The notes under the pieces are model-generated. The model worked only from the letters and a program-made list of their open reading frames with translations. It was not told where the DNA came from and ran no database searches. A stretch of 37,176 nucleotides of DNA from positions 806,001 to 843,176 of the forward strand of contig JABVCE010000016.1 in assembly GCA_014905635.1 (NCBI GenBank), given 5' to 3'. Position numbers and translations under genes: made by a program. This DNA is from Scenedesmus sp. PABB004 (taxonomy: Eukaryota). Shown in pieces: positions 12,528 through 23,727 of the stretch (within the stretch, counting starts at the first letter, position 1; every line of letters starts with the position of its first letter).

Positions 12528-15270
12528 ATGAACTTCATCAACACCGCGCCCCGCGCGGGCGGGGGCACCGGGACGGGCACGCCCGGCGGGCCGGGCCGCG
12601 CGGGCGCGTTCAGCGAGCTCACCATGTACAAGGAGCGCCCCAGCGGCGAGATCAGCATAGAGGACTTTGAGAAGTACGCGCTGGACAGGCTGCGAGGTGC
12701 GGCGCGGCGGCGCGGCGCGGCGCGCGGGCGGCGCTGCTGCCGCCGCTGCCGACGCCGCCGGGCTGCCCGCGCGCAGTGCTCAAGGCCATCGACGAGGCCA
12801 AGCTGCGCAGCAAGAGCGATGACGCGATCCAGGCGCGGCAGCGCGCAGGCCGTGCAGGGCGGCGGTTGGCGCCGGGCGCGCCGCGGCCCGCGCGGCCCGC
12901 GCGCGGCGGCCCCCGCGCGCGCGCCCACGCGCCGGCCGGCCGGCGCCGCGGCGCCGCAGGCGGAGGTGGAGGCGCTGCTGAGGAAGCACCTCACGGGCTC
13001 GTCGCGCCAGGAGGCGGCGCGCGCGGACCTCGTGAGCCACCACATCCTGCGCCTCGCGTACTGCCGCACCGCGGAGCTGCGCGCGTGGCTGCTCGCGCAG
13101 GAGACGGCGCTGTTCAAGTACCGCTTCAAGGCGCTCGACACCGCCCAGCAGGCGCGCGCCCCACGCGCTGCGGCGCACGCTCGCGCGCTCCGGCGCTCCG
13201 GCGCGCACGCAGCGGCGCGCGGCGCCGGCGGGCTCACCGCGCCAGGCCGGGCGCCGCGCCGTGCCGCGCAGGTTGACTTTTTCGCGAGCTGCGAGCTGCC
13301 GTACGCGGCGATCAGCGAGGACGAGTACGCGGCGCTGGGCAGCGAGCTCGCGATCGTGGCGGTCGCGTGCGGCGAGCGCGAGCGCGGCGCGGCGCTCGCG
13401 GCGGCGGCCAACAGCAGCAAGGCGGGCGGCGGCGGCGCCGCGACGCCGCACGGCGACACCTGGGCGGTGCAGGACAGGTGCGGCGCCGCCGGCCGGCGCG
13501 CCGCGGCGCGGCCGGCACCCGCGGCCGTGCAGGCGCTCACGCCGCCGCCGCCGCCGCCGCCGCGTCCGCCCCGCGCGCGCCCCGCACGCGCCCCGCTCCC
13601 GCAGGGGCGGCGGCGGCGTGCCGCTGTTCTATCGCGTGCCCTTTGCCGCGGTGCCCGACCTCGTGTTCTCGCGCCGCGTGCTGCTGCGGGACGGCCACGC
13701 GTACGTCGGCCAGGACCAGGTGCCTCGCGCGGCGGCGCGGCCAGCTGGGCTGCCCGGCGCCCGACCGGCGCCCGCCCGCGCCCGCCGCAGCGCCCGGCCC
13801 GCGCGCGCCGCCCACGCTGCCGCGCCGCTCCCTCACCACTCCCCCCCCCCGCCGCCGCCGCCACCCCCCAGGTCTACTCGCTCGTGGTCGGCTCCTTCCG
13901 CGCCAGCCTCAGCGCGGCGCTCGTGGAGGCGGCTCGCGAGTGGGGCGCGTTTGCGGGCGCCGAGGCGGACCGCCTCGCGCCGCTCGTCGACAGCCTGCCC
14001 ACCAGGCGCGGCCCGCCGCACGCAGCGCGGCGCGGCCGGCAGCGCCCCGCCGCACGCCGTACGCGGCGCGCGCGGCGCAGCGCTCACGCCGCGCCGTCGC
14101 GCCGCCGCGCCGCAGGGCGGTCGGCGGCGGCGACGGGCGCAAGGTGCCGGTGGGCGAGGTCTCGGCGGCGCAGCTGGCGGGGCTCGTGGCTGGGCGGCAC
14201 TTCCCGCTGTGCATGACGGTGATGTATGAGCGCCTGGCGGCAGAGTCTCACCTCAAGCACTGGGGCCTGCAGCAGTTCACGCTCTTCCTCAAGACCATCG
14301 GCCTGCCGCTCGAGCAGGCGCTGCTCTTCTTCCGCTCACAGTTTGCGCCGCGGTGAGTGCGCGCGACGCGGCCGCCGCGCGGGGAGCGAGCGGCGCGAGG
14401 GGGCGGCCGCGCGCGCGCCGGCGCCCGCGCTCGGCCCGCGCCGCGACGCCGCCGCCGCCGCCGCCCGCGCCTGCCTGCCCGCTGCGCGCCGCGCCTGGCG
14501 CCGCAGCACGTCTGGCGAGAAGTTCAGCCGTGAGTACGCGTACAACATTCGCTACAACTACGGCGTGGAGGGCAAGCGGGAGAGCTGGAACGAGTGGAGC
14601 TGCGTCAAGATCATCAGCCAGGCGCGCGCGGGAGCTGCGGCGGCGGCGGCGGCGGCGGCAGCGGCGCGCGTCGAGGCGCCGCCCATGCGCCGCCGCCGCC
14701 CGCGCGCGCCGCCGCCGCGCGCAGGAGGTCGGCGGCACGTGCAGCGCCGCGGGCGAGTGCAACGGCGGCTGCCCCTACAAGACCTACGACGCGGCGCAGC
14801 TGCGCGCCGCGCTGGCGCGGCTCAACTGCAACGAAAAGTGCGCGCCGCGCTGCGCGCGCGCCGAGCCCGCGGGGCGCGCTCGCGCGCGCGCCAGGCTCCT
14901 CACGCCCCGCCCCGCGCGCGCGCGCGTCCACCTCCGCCCCAGGGTGGCCAAGGAGGTGGTCGAGAAGGCGCGCGGCAAGCACTACCAGCTCGCCTGCGGC
15001 CTCGCGTTCGAGGGCATCACCGGCGCGCCGCAGGACACGGGCATCAACAAGCCCAGCGAGTTCTACGCCGCCAGCATCGACCTCGCCAACCAGCGCGCCG
15101 CCGCGGCCGGCGCGGCGGCGGGCCCGGCGGCCGGCGCGGCCGCGCCCGCCGCGGCGGGGCCGGCGGGGCAGCAGCAGCAGCAGCAGCAGCAGCACGCCGC
15201 GGCGGCGGCGGGGCAGACGCCCGCGACGCCCGGCGGCGCGCCGCGGCCGCTCGCGGGCGTCGCGGGCTGA
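12528..15270 (+). CDS. PRIM2: DNA primase large subunit, 10 exons
   Basis: Exons 12528-12696, 12777-12832, 12960-13151, 13272-13477, 13605-13719, 13872-14005, 14116-14352, 14507-14621, 14725-14837, 14943-15270. Motifs EISIEDFEKYALDRL, SHHILRLAYC, HLKHWG..QF.LFLK.IG, YAYNIRYNYG.EGKR, and four Fe-S Cys (FPLCM, WSC, GCPY, QLAC). Confidence 0.94.
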
Positions 15271-15542
15271 GCGCGGCGCGGTTGTGGCGGTTGGACCGCT
15301 GCAGTTTAACATCGCCGGAGTCGCGCGGCTCCGCAGTCACGCGCACGGGAGGCCCGAGCAGCGCACACGCGAGAGCGCGGCGGCGTCCGCCGCGCAGCTG
15401 CTGCCGCGCGCTGCCTCGCAGCGCCGCGCTCCTGGTGCAGCAGCACGGCGCACGCAGTCTCGCCACAGCGATCGCATGACGGCAACGCTCCCGCCGACCG
15501 CGAGGGCGGGCAGGGCGCGCGGCGGCGTTTGATTCGCGCGCG

Positions 15543-18500
15543 ATGCCCGCGCCGTCAGCGGCCGACCCCGTCAGCCTGCGCGGCCTGCTGGGCGTGGCGC
15601 TGCAGGATGGGGGCGTGTACAGCGCGATGGTGCCGTGGCTGCTGCTGGAGCAGGAGGACGGCGCGCAGGTGCGGCGAGCGCCGCAGGCAGCGGCGGCGCG
15701 TTGCGCGCCGGCCGCTGCCGCCGGCGGGCGCCCAGGCAGGCCCGCCCCGACCCTCTCGCCGGAATGGCGGCCCGCCGGGGCCGCCGGGACCCGCCGCCGC
15801 TGCTGCAGGCGCCGTCGCTCTGCGCGCACGTGCAGCAGCGCGCCGCGCTCGCGGGCCTGGGGCAGCTGCAGGCGCCGGGCGCGCGCCCCGCGGACGGCCG
15901 CGCCGCGGCGCTGGCGCTGATCGACGCCGCCGTGCGCCACGCCGGCGGGCTGGCGGCCGAGCGCTGCTGCGGCGGCTGCGCGGCACTGGCGGCGCCCGCG
16001 GTGCGGCTCGCGAAGCTCCACGGCCACCTGCTCGCGCACGGCCTGGCGCCGGGCCTGGCGGAGCAGCTGGCCGCCCTGCTCGCGCTGCTGCGCGCGGGGC
16101 CGCTGCCGCCAGGCAGCCCCAAGGCGCCGCCCGGCAGGCGCGCGGGCGCGCCGCGCAGGCAGCTGGCGGACGGCGGCAGCGACGCGGGCGCCGCAGCCGC
16201 CTGCGCCGGCGTTGCCGGCGCGGGGGCGGACGGCGATGCAGGCGGCGGCGCCGAGCTGCAGCCGGAGGCGCTGCTGTGCTGCCGCGCGTGCGCCGCACGC
16301 TACGCGGCCAAGGCGCTCGAGTGCTGCGGCAGGCTGCTGGCCTGCCTGCCGCGCGACCTGCTGCAGCGCCTCGCCGCCAGCCCACACGCGCAGGCGTACG
16401 GCCCGGGCCTGGCGGCGCTCGCGGCGCGCGTGGCGGCGGCGCCCCACAGCAGCGGCGGCGGCGGCACCGTCGCCGCCGCCGCCTCTGCCTCTGCCACCCC
16501 AGCCGTGGTCGCCGCACACGCGGAGCCGTCGCAGCAGCGCGGCGCCGGCACGCGCGACGAGCCCAGCAGCGCTGGCGGCTGGGGCGGGGGCACGCCGGGC
16601 AGCGGGCGGGCGCCCGCCGGCGCCGGCGGCCGGCTGTCCGGGCTGGGGCTGCTGCTGCCGGGCGGCTCGGCGGGCCGCGGCGGCGGCGGCGGCGCGACGC
16701 CGGGCGGCCGCGCTGGCGGCGGCACGGCGTGCAACGCCGAGAAGGCGCGGGACTCGTTTTTTGGCATCCTGCGCCGCGCCAGCAGCCGGCTGGAGGCGCT
16801 GCGCCAGGCGGGCGCGGCCGCGCCGCCGGGCAGCGCCGCGGCGGGCGCGGCCGCGGGCGTCGTCGCCACGGAGCTGGGCGAGCTCGTGGCGGAGGTGGGC
16901 CTGGCGGCGAAGCAGCTGCTGCTGGGCCTCGCGCCGGCCAACCTGCCGTACCTCGCGGAGCTCTTCACCGCGTGCGCGCTGCAGGCCGCGAGCAGCGGGG
17001 AGCCCATCCTGGAGCCCGCGCTGGCGGCCATGGCGCAGCGCGATCCGGGCAAATTCCACAAGCTCGCGCAGCGCCTCGCCCAGGGCGGCGGCGCGTCGCC
17101 GCTGGCGCCCGGCAGCGGGGGCGGCGCCAAGGGCGGCGGCGCCGCCGAGCGCGCCGGCGCAGCGCGGCCGCGCCCCGGGGGCGGGGCGGCCAGGCGGCGC
17201 AGGGCGGCGGTGCGCCCGCGCCGGCGCAGCAGCAGCACCAGCACCAGCAGCACCAGCACCAGCAACAACAGCAGCACGGCAGCAGGGGCAGCAGCAGCCA
17301 GGACGCCGGCGGCGGCCGCGCGCGGGCGCGCGCGGGTGCGCCGGGCCTTGCCAGCAGCGACCTCATGTTCCGCCTGCCCGGCAGCAGCGCGCCCGGCAGC
17401 GGCGCGCCCGGCAGCGGCGCGCCCGGCAGCGGCGGGCCTGGCGGCGGCGGCGCGCCCGGCAGCGGCGCGCACGGCAGCAGCGGCGGCGCCGGCGGCCGTC
17501 GGCAGCAGCCCACGGCGCCGCGCCACATCCGCGCGCAGCCGACGCCCAGCAGCGCCGGCAGCACGGGCGGCAGCCTGCGCCTGGCCGCGGCGGCGGGCAT
17601 GGCGACGCCGCTGCCGTTCGGGGCGGCGGCGGCGGGCGCGGCGTCGCCCCTCGGCGGCGGGCAGCTGGGCGGCGCCGACCCGACGGCGCGCGTGGAGCAA
17701 GCGCAGCCCGGCGGCCGCGGCGCCGAGGACGGCTCGGCGGCGCAGCCGCCCGCCTCGGCCCCCGCCGCGCCGGGCCGGGCGGGGCCGGCGGCCTCCCCCG
17801 CGTCGGGCGGCGGGGGCGCGGCCTCCGCGCCGCACAAGGCCCCCGCGCCGGGCGCGGCCCGCGCGCACGCCGCGCCGGGCGGCCTCGCCGGCGCCGTGAC
17901 GGGGGCGTCCGGTGCGGCGGGGCTGGTGCTGGCGCTTCTCGCCGAGGTCCCGGCGGGGCAGCACGTGCTGCTGCTCGTGCTGCACGCCGCCGACAGCGCG
18001 AGTCTCAACCGCGCCCTGCTCTCCGCCGTGCTGTCGCGCGCCGAGGCGCTGCTGGGCAGCTGCCCGGACAGCCTGGCCGCCGCGGGCGGCCTCGGCGCGC
18101 AGGCGGCCGCGCTCGCGGCGCTGGGGAGCTACGCCAGCTACCTGGCCTTTGTTGCCGGCGCGGCGCAGCCGCCCGCGCGCGGCGCCGGCGCCGGCAGCGG
18201 CGGCGGCGGCGCGCCGGCGGCGGCGCTGCTGCAGCAGCAGCCGCCGCTCGACGTCGCCGCGCTGCTGCAGCGCGCGTCGGCGGCGCCCGCCGGCGGCGGC
18301 GACGCGCTCGCCGCGAGCTGGCGCGTGGCGCTGGCGGTGCCGTTTGCGGTGGCCTTCCTGCGCTACGCCCACCTCGGCCCCGCCGCGGCGGCGAGCGGCT
18401 GCGTGGCGGCGGCGCTGGCGGCGATGCGGCGCCTCGCCGCGCTGCCCTGCATGGCGCCCACGCACGCGGCCTACGGCAGCCTGCCGGCCGCGCTCGGCGC

Positions 18501-20996
18501 CTGCCTGCGCAGCTGCCGGCTGCTGCAGGGCGAGGGCGGGCCCGCGCCACCGCCGCCGCCGCCGGGCCGCCCGACGCGGCGGGCCTCGACTGGCTCGCCG
18601 CCGCGCTGGGCCAGGGCAGCGTCCTCGTCGATGACGCGTTCTGGGCGGTCGTGTGCCCCGGCCTGGCGGCCCTGCCCAGCCTGCTGCCCGGCGCGGCGCC
18701 GCTCGCCACGCCGCAGCGCCGCGCGCCGCCGCAGCGCAGCGGCGCGCAGCCGGGCGACGGCGCGGCCGCCGGCCAGCCAGCCGCCGCCGGCGTCGGCATC
18801 GAGCAGCAGCCGGCGCCGCCCGGCGGCGGCGGCTGCGCGGCCGCGCCTGCGGCCGCAGACGGCAGCCCCGCGGGCGGCGGCGCGCTGCGCCACGCGACGC
18901 CGCTGCTCCTGGCGCCGCGCGCGCCGCCGGTGCTGGACGCGCCGCCGGCGTGCGTGTCCGCGGCGCTGGGGGAGGTCGGCGACCCGCTGCGCGCGGCGCT
19001 GCAGCAGGCCTTGATTGGGCAGTACAGCACGGACGACCACCCGGTGGGGCGGCGCGGGGGGCGGGGGCCCGGCCGGCGCGGCGGCGGCGCGGCGGCGCTC
19101 CCAAGCGCCCGCAGCCCTCACACGCGTCCCTCCCCGCGGGGCGCAGGTCAAGATGCGTGACGTGCTGGCGCTGGTCAACGGCATCCTCTGCGCCAACAGC
19201 CTCGCGCTCGGCCTGGGCACCGGCGTGCCGCCCGTGCTGCAGCGCCGCCTGGACGCCATGGCCGACGCCGTGCACGCCGCGCTCGCGCCGGGCGGCTCTG
19301 CCGCGGCCGACTGGCGGGGCCCGCCCCCCGCGCCGGTGGGCCGGCGCGGCTGGCGCGCGCGCATGCGCGCAGGGACCGTGCGCTCCCAGGTCCCGCGCGT
19401 GCTCAGTGCTGCCGCCGCCGTCGCCGCCGCCGCAGGACCTGGCGCGCGCGGTGCACGCCATCTGTGGGCAGCACTCGGCGCCCGCCGTGCACGCCGCGCT
19501 CGAGGCGGCCATGGAGTGCGCCGCGGGGCACGCCACAGCCGCCGCGGCGGCCGCCTGCGCCGCTCTGCTGCCGGGCGACGTGCCGCCCGCCGCCGCGAGC
19601 GCCGCCGCCGCGCTCGTCGCGTCGTCCTGCAAGGCCAGCTGCGCGCAGCGCCTGCTGCAAGAGGTGCGTGTGTGTGTTTGCTGGGGGGGGCTTGCTCCCT
19701 AGGCCCTCCCTCGCGTCGCCGCCCTGCCCTGCCCGCCCGCCGCGCTCACACGTGCGCGTGGGTCGCCGCGCGCGCGCCCCACCGCAGGTGCCCGTGCTCG
19801 TCGCGTCCACGCTCGCGGACCACGCGGACGAGCTGGTGCGGCTCGTGAGCCGGCGCTGGGCGGTGCACGCGCGCATCACAGCTCCCCTCGACGCCGCCGA
19901 CGGCGCGCCCGGCGCGCCGCCGTGCGGCGCGGACGGCGCCGGCTTGCCCCCGGGGGCGCAGGCAGCGGGCTCGACTACGTCCCCCGCGCCGCTGCCCCGG
20001 AGCAGCAGCGGTGCTGCCGCTGCTGCCGGCGGCGGTCTCGCCGGCAAGCCCGCTCGCCGCATCAGCCCTGTGCCGGTTGCGGGGGCGCCGGACGCTGGCG
20101 TTGCAGGAGGCCGGTCCGGCGGCAGCCCAGCTCAGCCAGCGGACGTGGGTGGTCGCGGCACCGGCCCGGCGCGGCAGGGCGAGGCTGCGAGTGCCGCTGC
20201 GGCGCCGGCGGTGATCGCGAGAGAGCCGGCCCCGCCCGACGAGGCGGACGCTGCGGCTTGCGGCCCTGAGCCCGAGCGCGAGCCGCCGTCCGGCCAAGCC
20301 CTGCCGGCCGGCGTGTCGCCGGCGGCGGCCGGAGGCGCGGGCTCGCCGGCCTCACCTGCCCACATGTCGCGCCTGCCCGGCGGGCCGTCGGGCGCCGCAG
20401 CGGCGGCGTCGGCCGCCGCTTCTGGCGAGCTGGCCGCCCTGCGGCTCGAGGCCGCGCGCGCAGTGTCGGAGCGTGCACTCGGGCGCGCCGTCAGCGCGTA
20501 CGTGGACACGGCCTCCCGGCTGGCGCCCGCGGCTGGCCCGGCGGCCGGCGCCCCGCAGCAACAGCAGCAGCTTGACGCGAGCGGCGCCTGGGCTGGCGTC
20601 GTGGCTGCGGCGTCGTGCGTGGCGGATGTGCTCGTGGCGGGCCTGGCGGCGGGGCACTGCACGGTGCACAAGCTGGAGCAGGAGCTCCTGCTGGCGTGCA
20701 AGCAGCACAGCGGCGGCGGCACGCGTGCAGGCCAACTTTGCCAGCTGCTGGCTGGGGCGGTCATGTGCGCGTTCGTAGGCAGCCGCGTGCAGCAGCCGCG
20801 CGTCTGGGCTGCGGGGCACCTGCCAGCGGCGCCCGCAGGCGCGAGCGATGCGGGCATGCATTACTTTGTGGAGCTGCCGTTGCTCGTGATGCGCGCCGCG
20901 CGCGCGGACGGGCCGCTGTGGCTGCTTCAGCAGCTGCGTGAGTGGCTGCAGGCAGCGACTCTGGGTTTTGAGCACACCGCACTGCCCAGCATGTGA
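15543..20996 (+). CDS. Codanin-1-like protein (large, low-complexity); model needs two frame corrections
   Basis: Exons about 15543-15668, 15809-19043 (frame changes near 17180 and 18545), 19147-19335, 19436-19663, 19788-20996. Segments EKARDSFFGILR, NLPYLAELF...LQAA, DPGKFHKLAQRL and LQQALIGQYS...KMRDVLALV resemble codanin-1 blocks from memory. Confidence 0.55.
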
Positions 20997-21013
20997 GAGG
21001 GAGCATGAAGACG

Positions 21014-21018
21014 TGTAA
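21014..21018 (+). terminator. TGTAA polyadenylation signal of the codanin-like gene
   Basis: About 18 nt after the stop codon and about 60 nt before the satellite begins. Confidence 0.5.
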
Positions 21019-21077
21019 ATGCCTCCAGAGGCCTCCGCCCGAAGCCGAGCCTCGGGGGGTGCTTCTTGCGAGCGCCG

Positions 21078-23353
21078 CGGCGCCGCGGCGCGGCGATGCC
21101 GTGCGCCGTTTCCCCTGCCCCGCCGCCCCTGCGGAGCGGAGGTGCGCGGCTCCAACAGGCTGCCCGGCCACGGGCTGCGCCGCCGAGGTGCGCCGCCGGC
21201 GGCCGCGCCGCGCCGCGGGCCGCGCGCCGCCCGCGCGCGCGCCGCTCGCCGGCGCCGCGGCGCGGCGATGCCGTGCGCCGTATCCCCTGCCCCGCCGCCC
21301 CGGCGCGGCGAGTCGGTGTGCAGCACTGGAGCAGGCTCGGCGTTATCTGCTTGGTGACCTGCTGCAGGATCAGCTTGTTGTTCACTCTGTGGCAGATTAT
21401 GTGATGGACATCTGGAAGATGCGGGACACCGTCCTTAAGGGGCGCGGGACCAATGGGCGCGAGCCTGTGGTGTAACTATCTTTATCTTTATCCCTGCGGA
21501 GCGGAGGTGCGCGGCTCCAACAGGCTGCCCGGCCACGGGCTGCGCCGCCGAGGTGCGCCGCCGGCGGCCGCGCCGCGCCGCGGGCCGCGCGCCGCCCGCG
21601 CGCGCGCCGCTCGCCGGCGCCGCGGCGCGGCGATGCCGTGCGCCGTATCCCCTGCCCCGTCGGAGCCCGCGGCAGCGGCGGCCGGCGACGCAGCTGCCCG
21701 ACGCCGGGACGATGCCCGGCGGGTGCGACATGATGCAGGTGGACGCAGACGGCGGCGGTGCCCCGCCCCGGCGCGGCGAGTCGGTGTGCAGCACTGGAGC
21801 AGGCTCGGCGTTATCTGCTTGGTGACCTGCTGCAGGATCAGCTTGTTGTTCACTCTGTGGCAGATTATGTGATGGACATCTGGAAGATGCGGGACACCGT
21901 CCTTAAGGGGCGCGGGACCAATGGGCGCGAGCCTGTGGTGTAACTATCTTTATCTTTATCCCTGCGGAGCGGAGGTGCGCGGCTCCAACAGGCTGCCCGG
22001 CCACGGGCTGCGCCGCCGAGGTGCGCCGCCGGCGGCCGCGCCGCGCCGCGGGCCGCGCGCCGCCCGCGCGCGCGCCGCTCGCCGGCGCCGCGGCGCGGCG
22101 ATGCCGTGCGCCGTTTCCCCTGCCCCGCCGCCCTTGCGGAGCGGAGGTGCGCGGCTCCAACAGGCTGCCCGGCCACGTAACAAAAAAAAACAAAACAGGC
22201 TGCCCGGCCACGGGCTGCGCCGCCGAGGTGCGCCGCCGGCGGCCGCGCCGCGCCGCGGGCCGCGCGCCGCCCGCGCGCGCGCCGCTCGCCGGCGCCGCGG
22301 CGCGGCGATGCCGTGCGCCGTTTCCCCTGCCCCGCCGCCCCTGCGGAGCGGAGGTGCGCGGCTCCAACAGGCTGCCCGGCCACGTAACAAAAAAAAAAAA
22401 ACAGGCTGCCCGGCCACGGGCTGCGCCGCCGAGGTGCGCCGCCGGCGGCCGCGCCGCGCCGCGGGCCGCGCGCCGCCCGCGCGCGCGCCGCTCGCCGGCG
22501 CCGCGGCGCGGCGATGCCGTGCGCCGTATCCCCTGCCCCGCCGCCCCGGCGCGGCGAGTCGGTGTGCAGCACTGGAGCAGGCTCGGCGTTATCTGCTTGG
22601 TGACCTGCTGCAGGATCAGCTTGTTGTTCACTCTGTGGCAGATTATGTGATGGACATCTGGAAGATGCGGGACACCGTCCTTAAGGGGCGCGGGACCAAT
22701 GGGCGCGAGCCTGTGGTGTAACTATCTTTATCTTTATCCCTGCGGAGCGGAGGTGCGCGGCTCCAACAGGCTGCCCGGCCACGGGCTGCGCCGCCGAGGT
22801 GCGCCGCCGGCGGCCGCGCCGCGCCGCGGGCCGCGCGCCGCCCGCGCGCGCGCCGCTCGCCGGCGCCGCGGCGCGGCGATGCCGTGCGCCGTTTCCCCTG
22901 CCCCGCCGCCCTTGCGGAGCGGAGGTGCGCGGCTCCAACAGGCTGCCCGGCCACGTAACAAAAAAAAAAAACAGGCTGCCCGGCCACGGGCTGCGCCGCC
23001 GAGGTGCGCCGCCGGCGGCCGCGCCGCGCCGCGGGCCGCGCGCCGCCCGCGCGCGCGCCGCTCGCCGGCGCCGCGGCGCGGCGATGCCGTGCGCCGTATC
23101 CCCTGCCCCGCCGCCCCGGCGCGGCGAGTCGGTGTGCAGCACTGGAGCAGGCTCGGCGTTATCTGCTTGGTGACCTGCTGCAGGATCAGCTTGTTGTTCA
23201 CTCTGTGGCAGATTATGTGATGGACATCTGGAAGATGCGGGACACCGTCCTTAAGGGGCGCGGGACCAATGGGCGCGAGCCTGTGGTGTAACTATCTTTA
23301 TCTTTATCCCTGCGGAGCGGAGGTGCGCGGCTCCAACAGGCTGCCCGGCCACG
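21078..23353. repeat. 172-bp GC-rich satellite, left array
   Basis: Monomer CCCCTGCGGAGCGGAGGTGCGCGGCTCCAACAGGCTGCCCGGCCACGGGCTG...GATGCCGTGCGCCGTTTCCCCTGCCCCGCCG repeated head-to-tail, interrupted by retro-fragments. Confidence 0.95.
21302..23308 (+). mobile_element. Four copies of a 191-bp 3' fragment of a non-LTR retrotransposon with a (TATCTT)n tail
   Basis: Copies at 21302-21492, 21770-21960, 22548-22738, 23118-23308. Each encodes ...VADYVMDIWKMRDTVLKGRGTNGREPVV* and ends TGTAACTATCTTTATCTTTATC. LINE origin (RTE/RTEX-like) is inferred. Confidence 0.6.
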
Positions 23354-23707
23354 TCTTGGTCGGAGTAGGTGCGGTTGTTGCCGGCTAGAGGAGCGAGTCG
23401 ACAACGGCGGAGAGCAGCGGTTGGCCAACGAGAGAGCACGGAGACACAAGTGAAGGAGCAAAGGTTACACGTGCGTGGTGAAGAGACTCCTTAGGCAAAC
23501 GGGGCGGGCGCACGGAGCTATATAGCCGAAACGGTATCGGTAATCGCAGCTTCTCGGCGGCTGCCGGAAGCTGCGCCGTAAGCAGCTTCCACCGCGGTTA
23601 GCACCTTCCACAAGAGCCCAACTAAGGCCCAATGTTCCGAGTAGCTTCCTTTAGGCTCCATGCACGCAATGGGGTGAGTGTGCGGCCGAAAACACGCACT
23701 CTCATCA
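23354..23707 (-). repeat. Copia 3' LTR (354 bp)
   Basis: 5'-TGATGAG...GACCAAGA-3'. TATA-like GCTATATAGC near 23517-23526 and TGTAA at 23469-23465. Preceded by a short purine tract GTGGGAG. Confidence 0.95.
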
Positions 23708-23727
23708 CTCCCACGCGGACGCAACAC

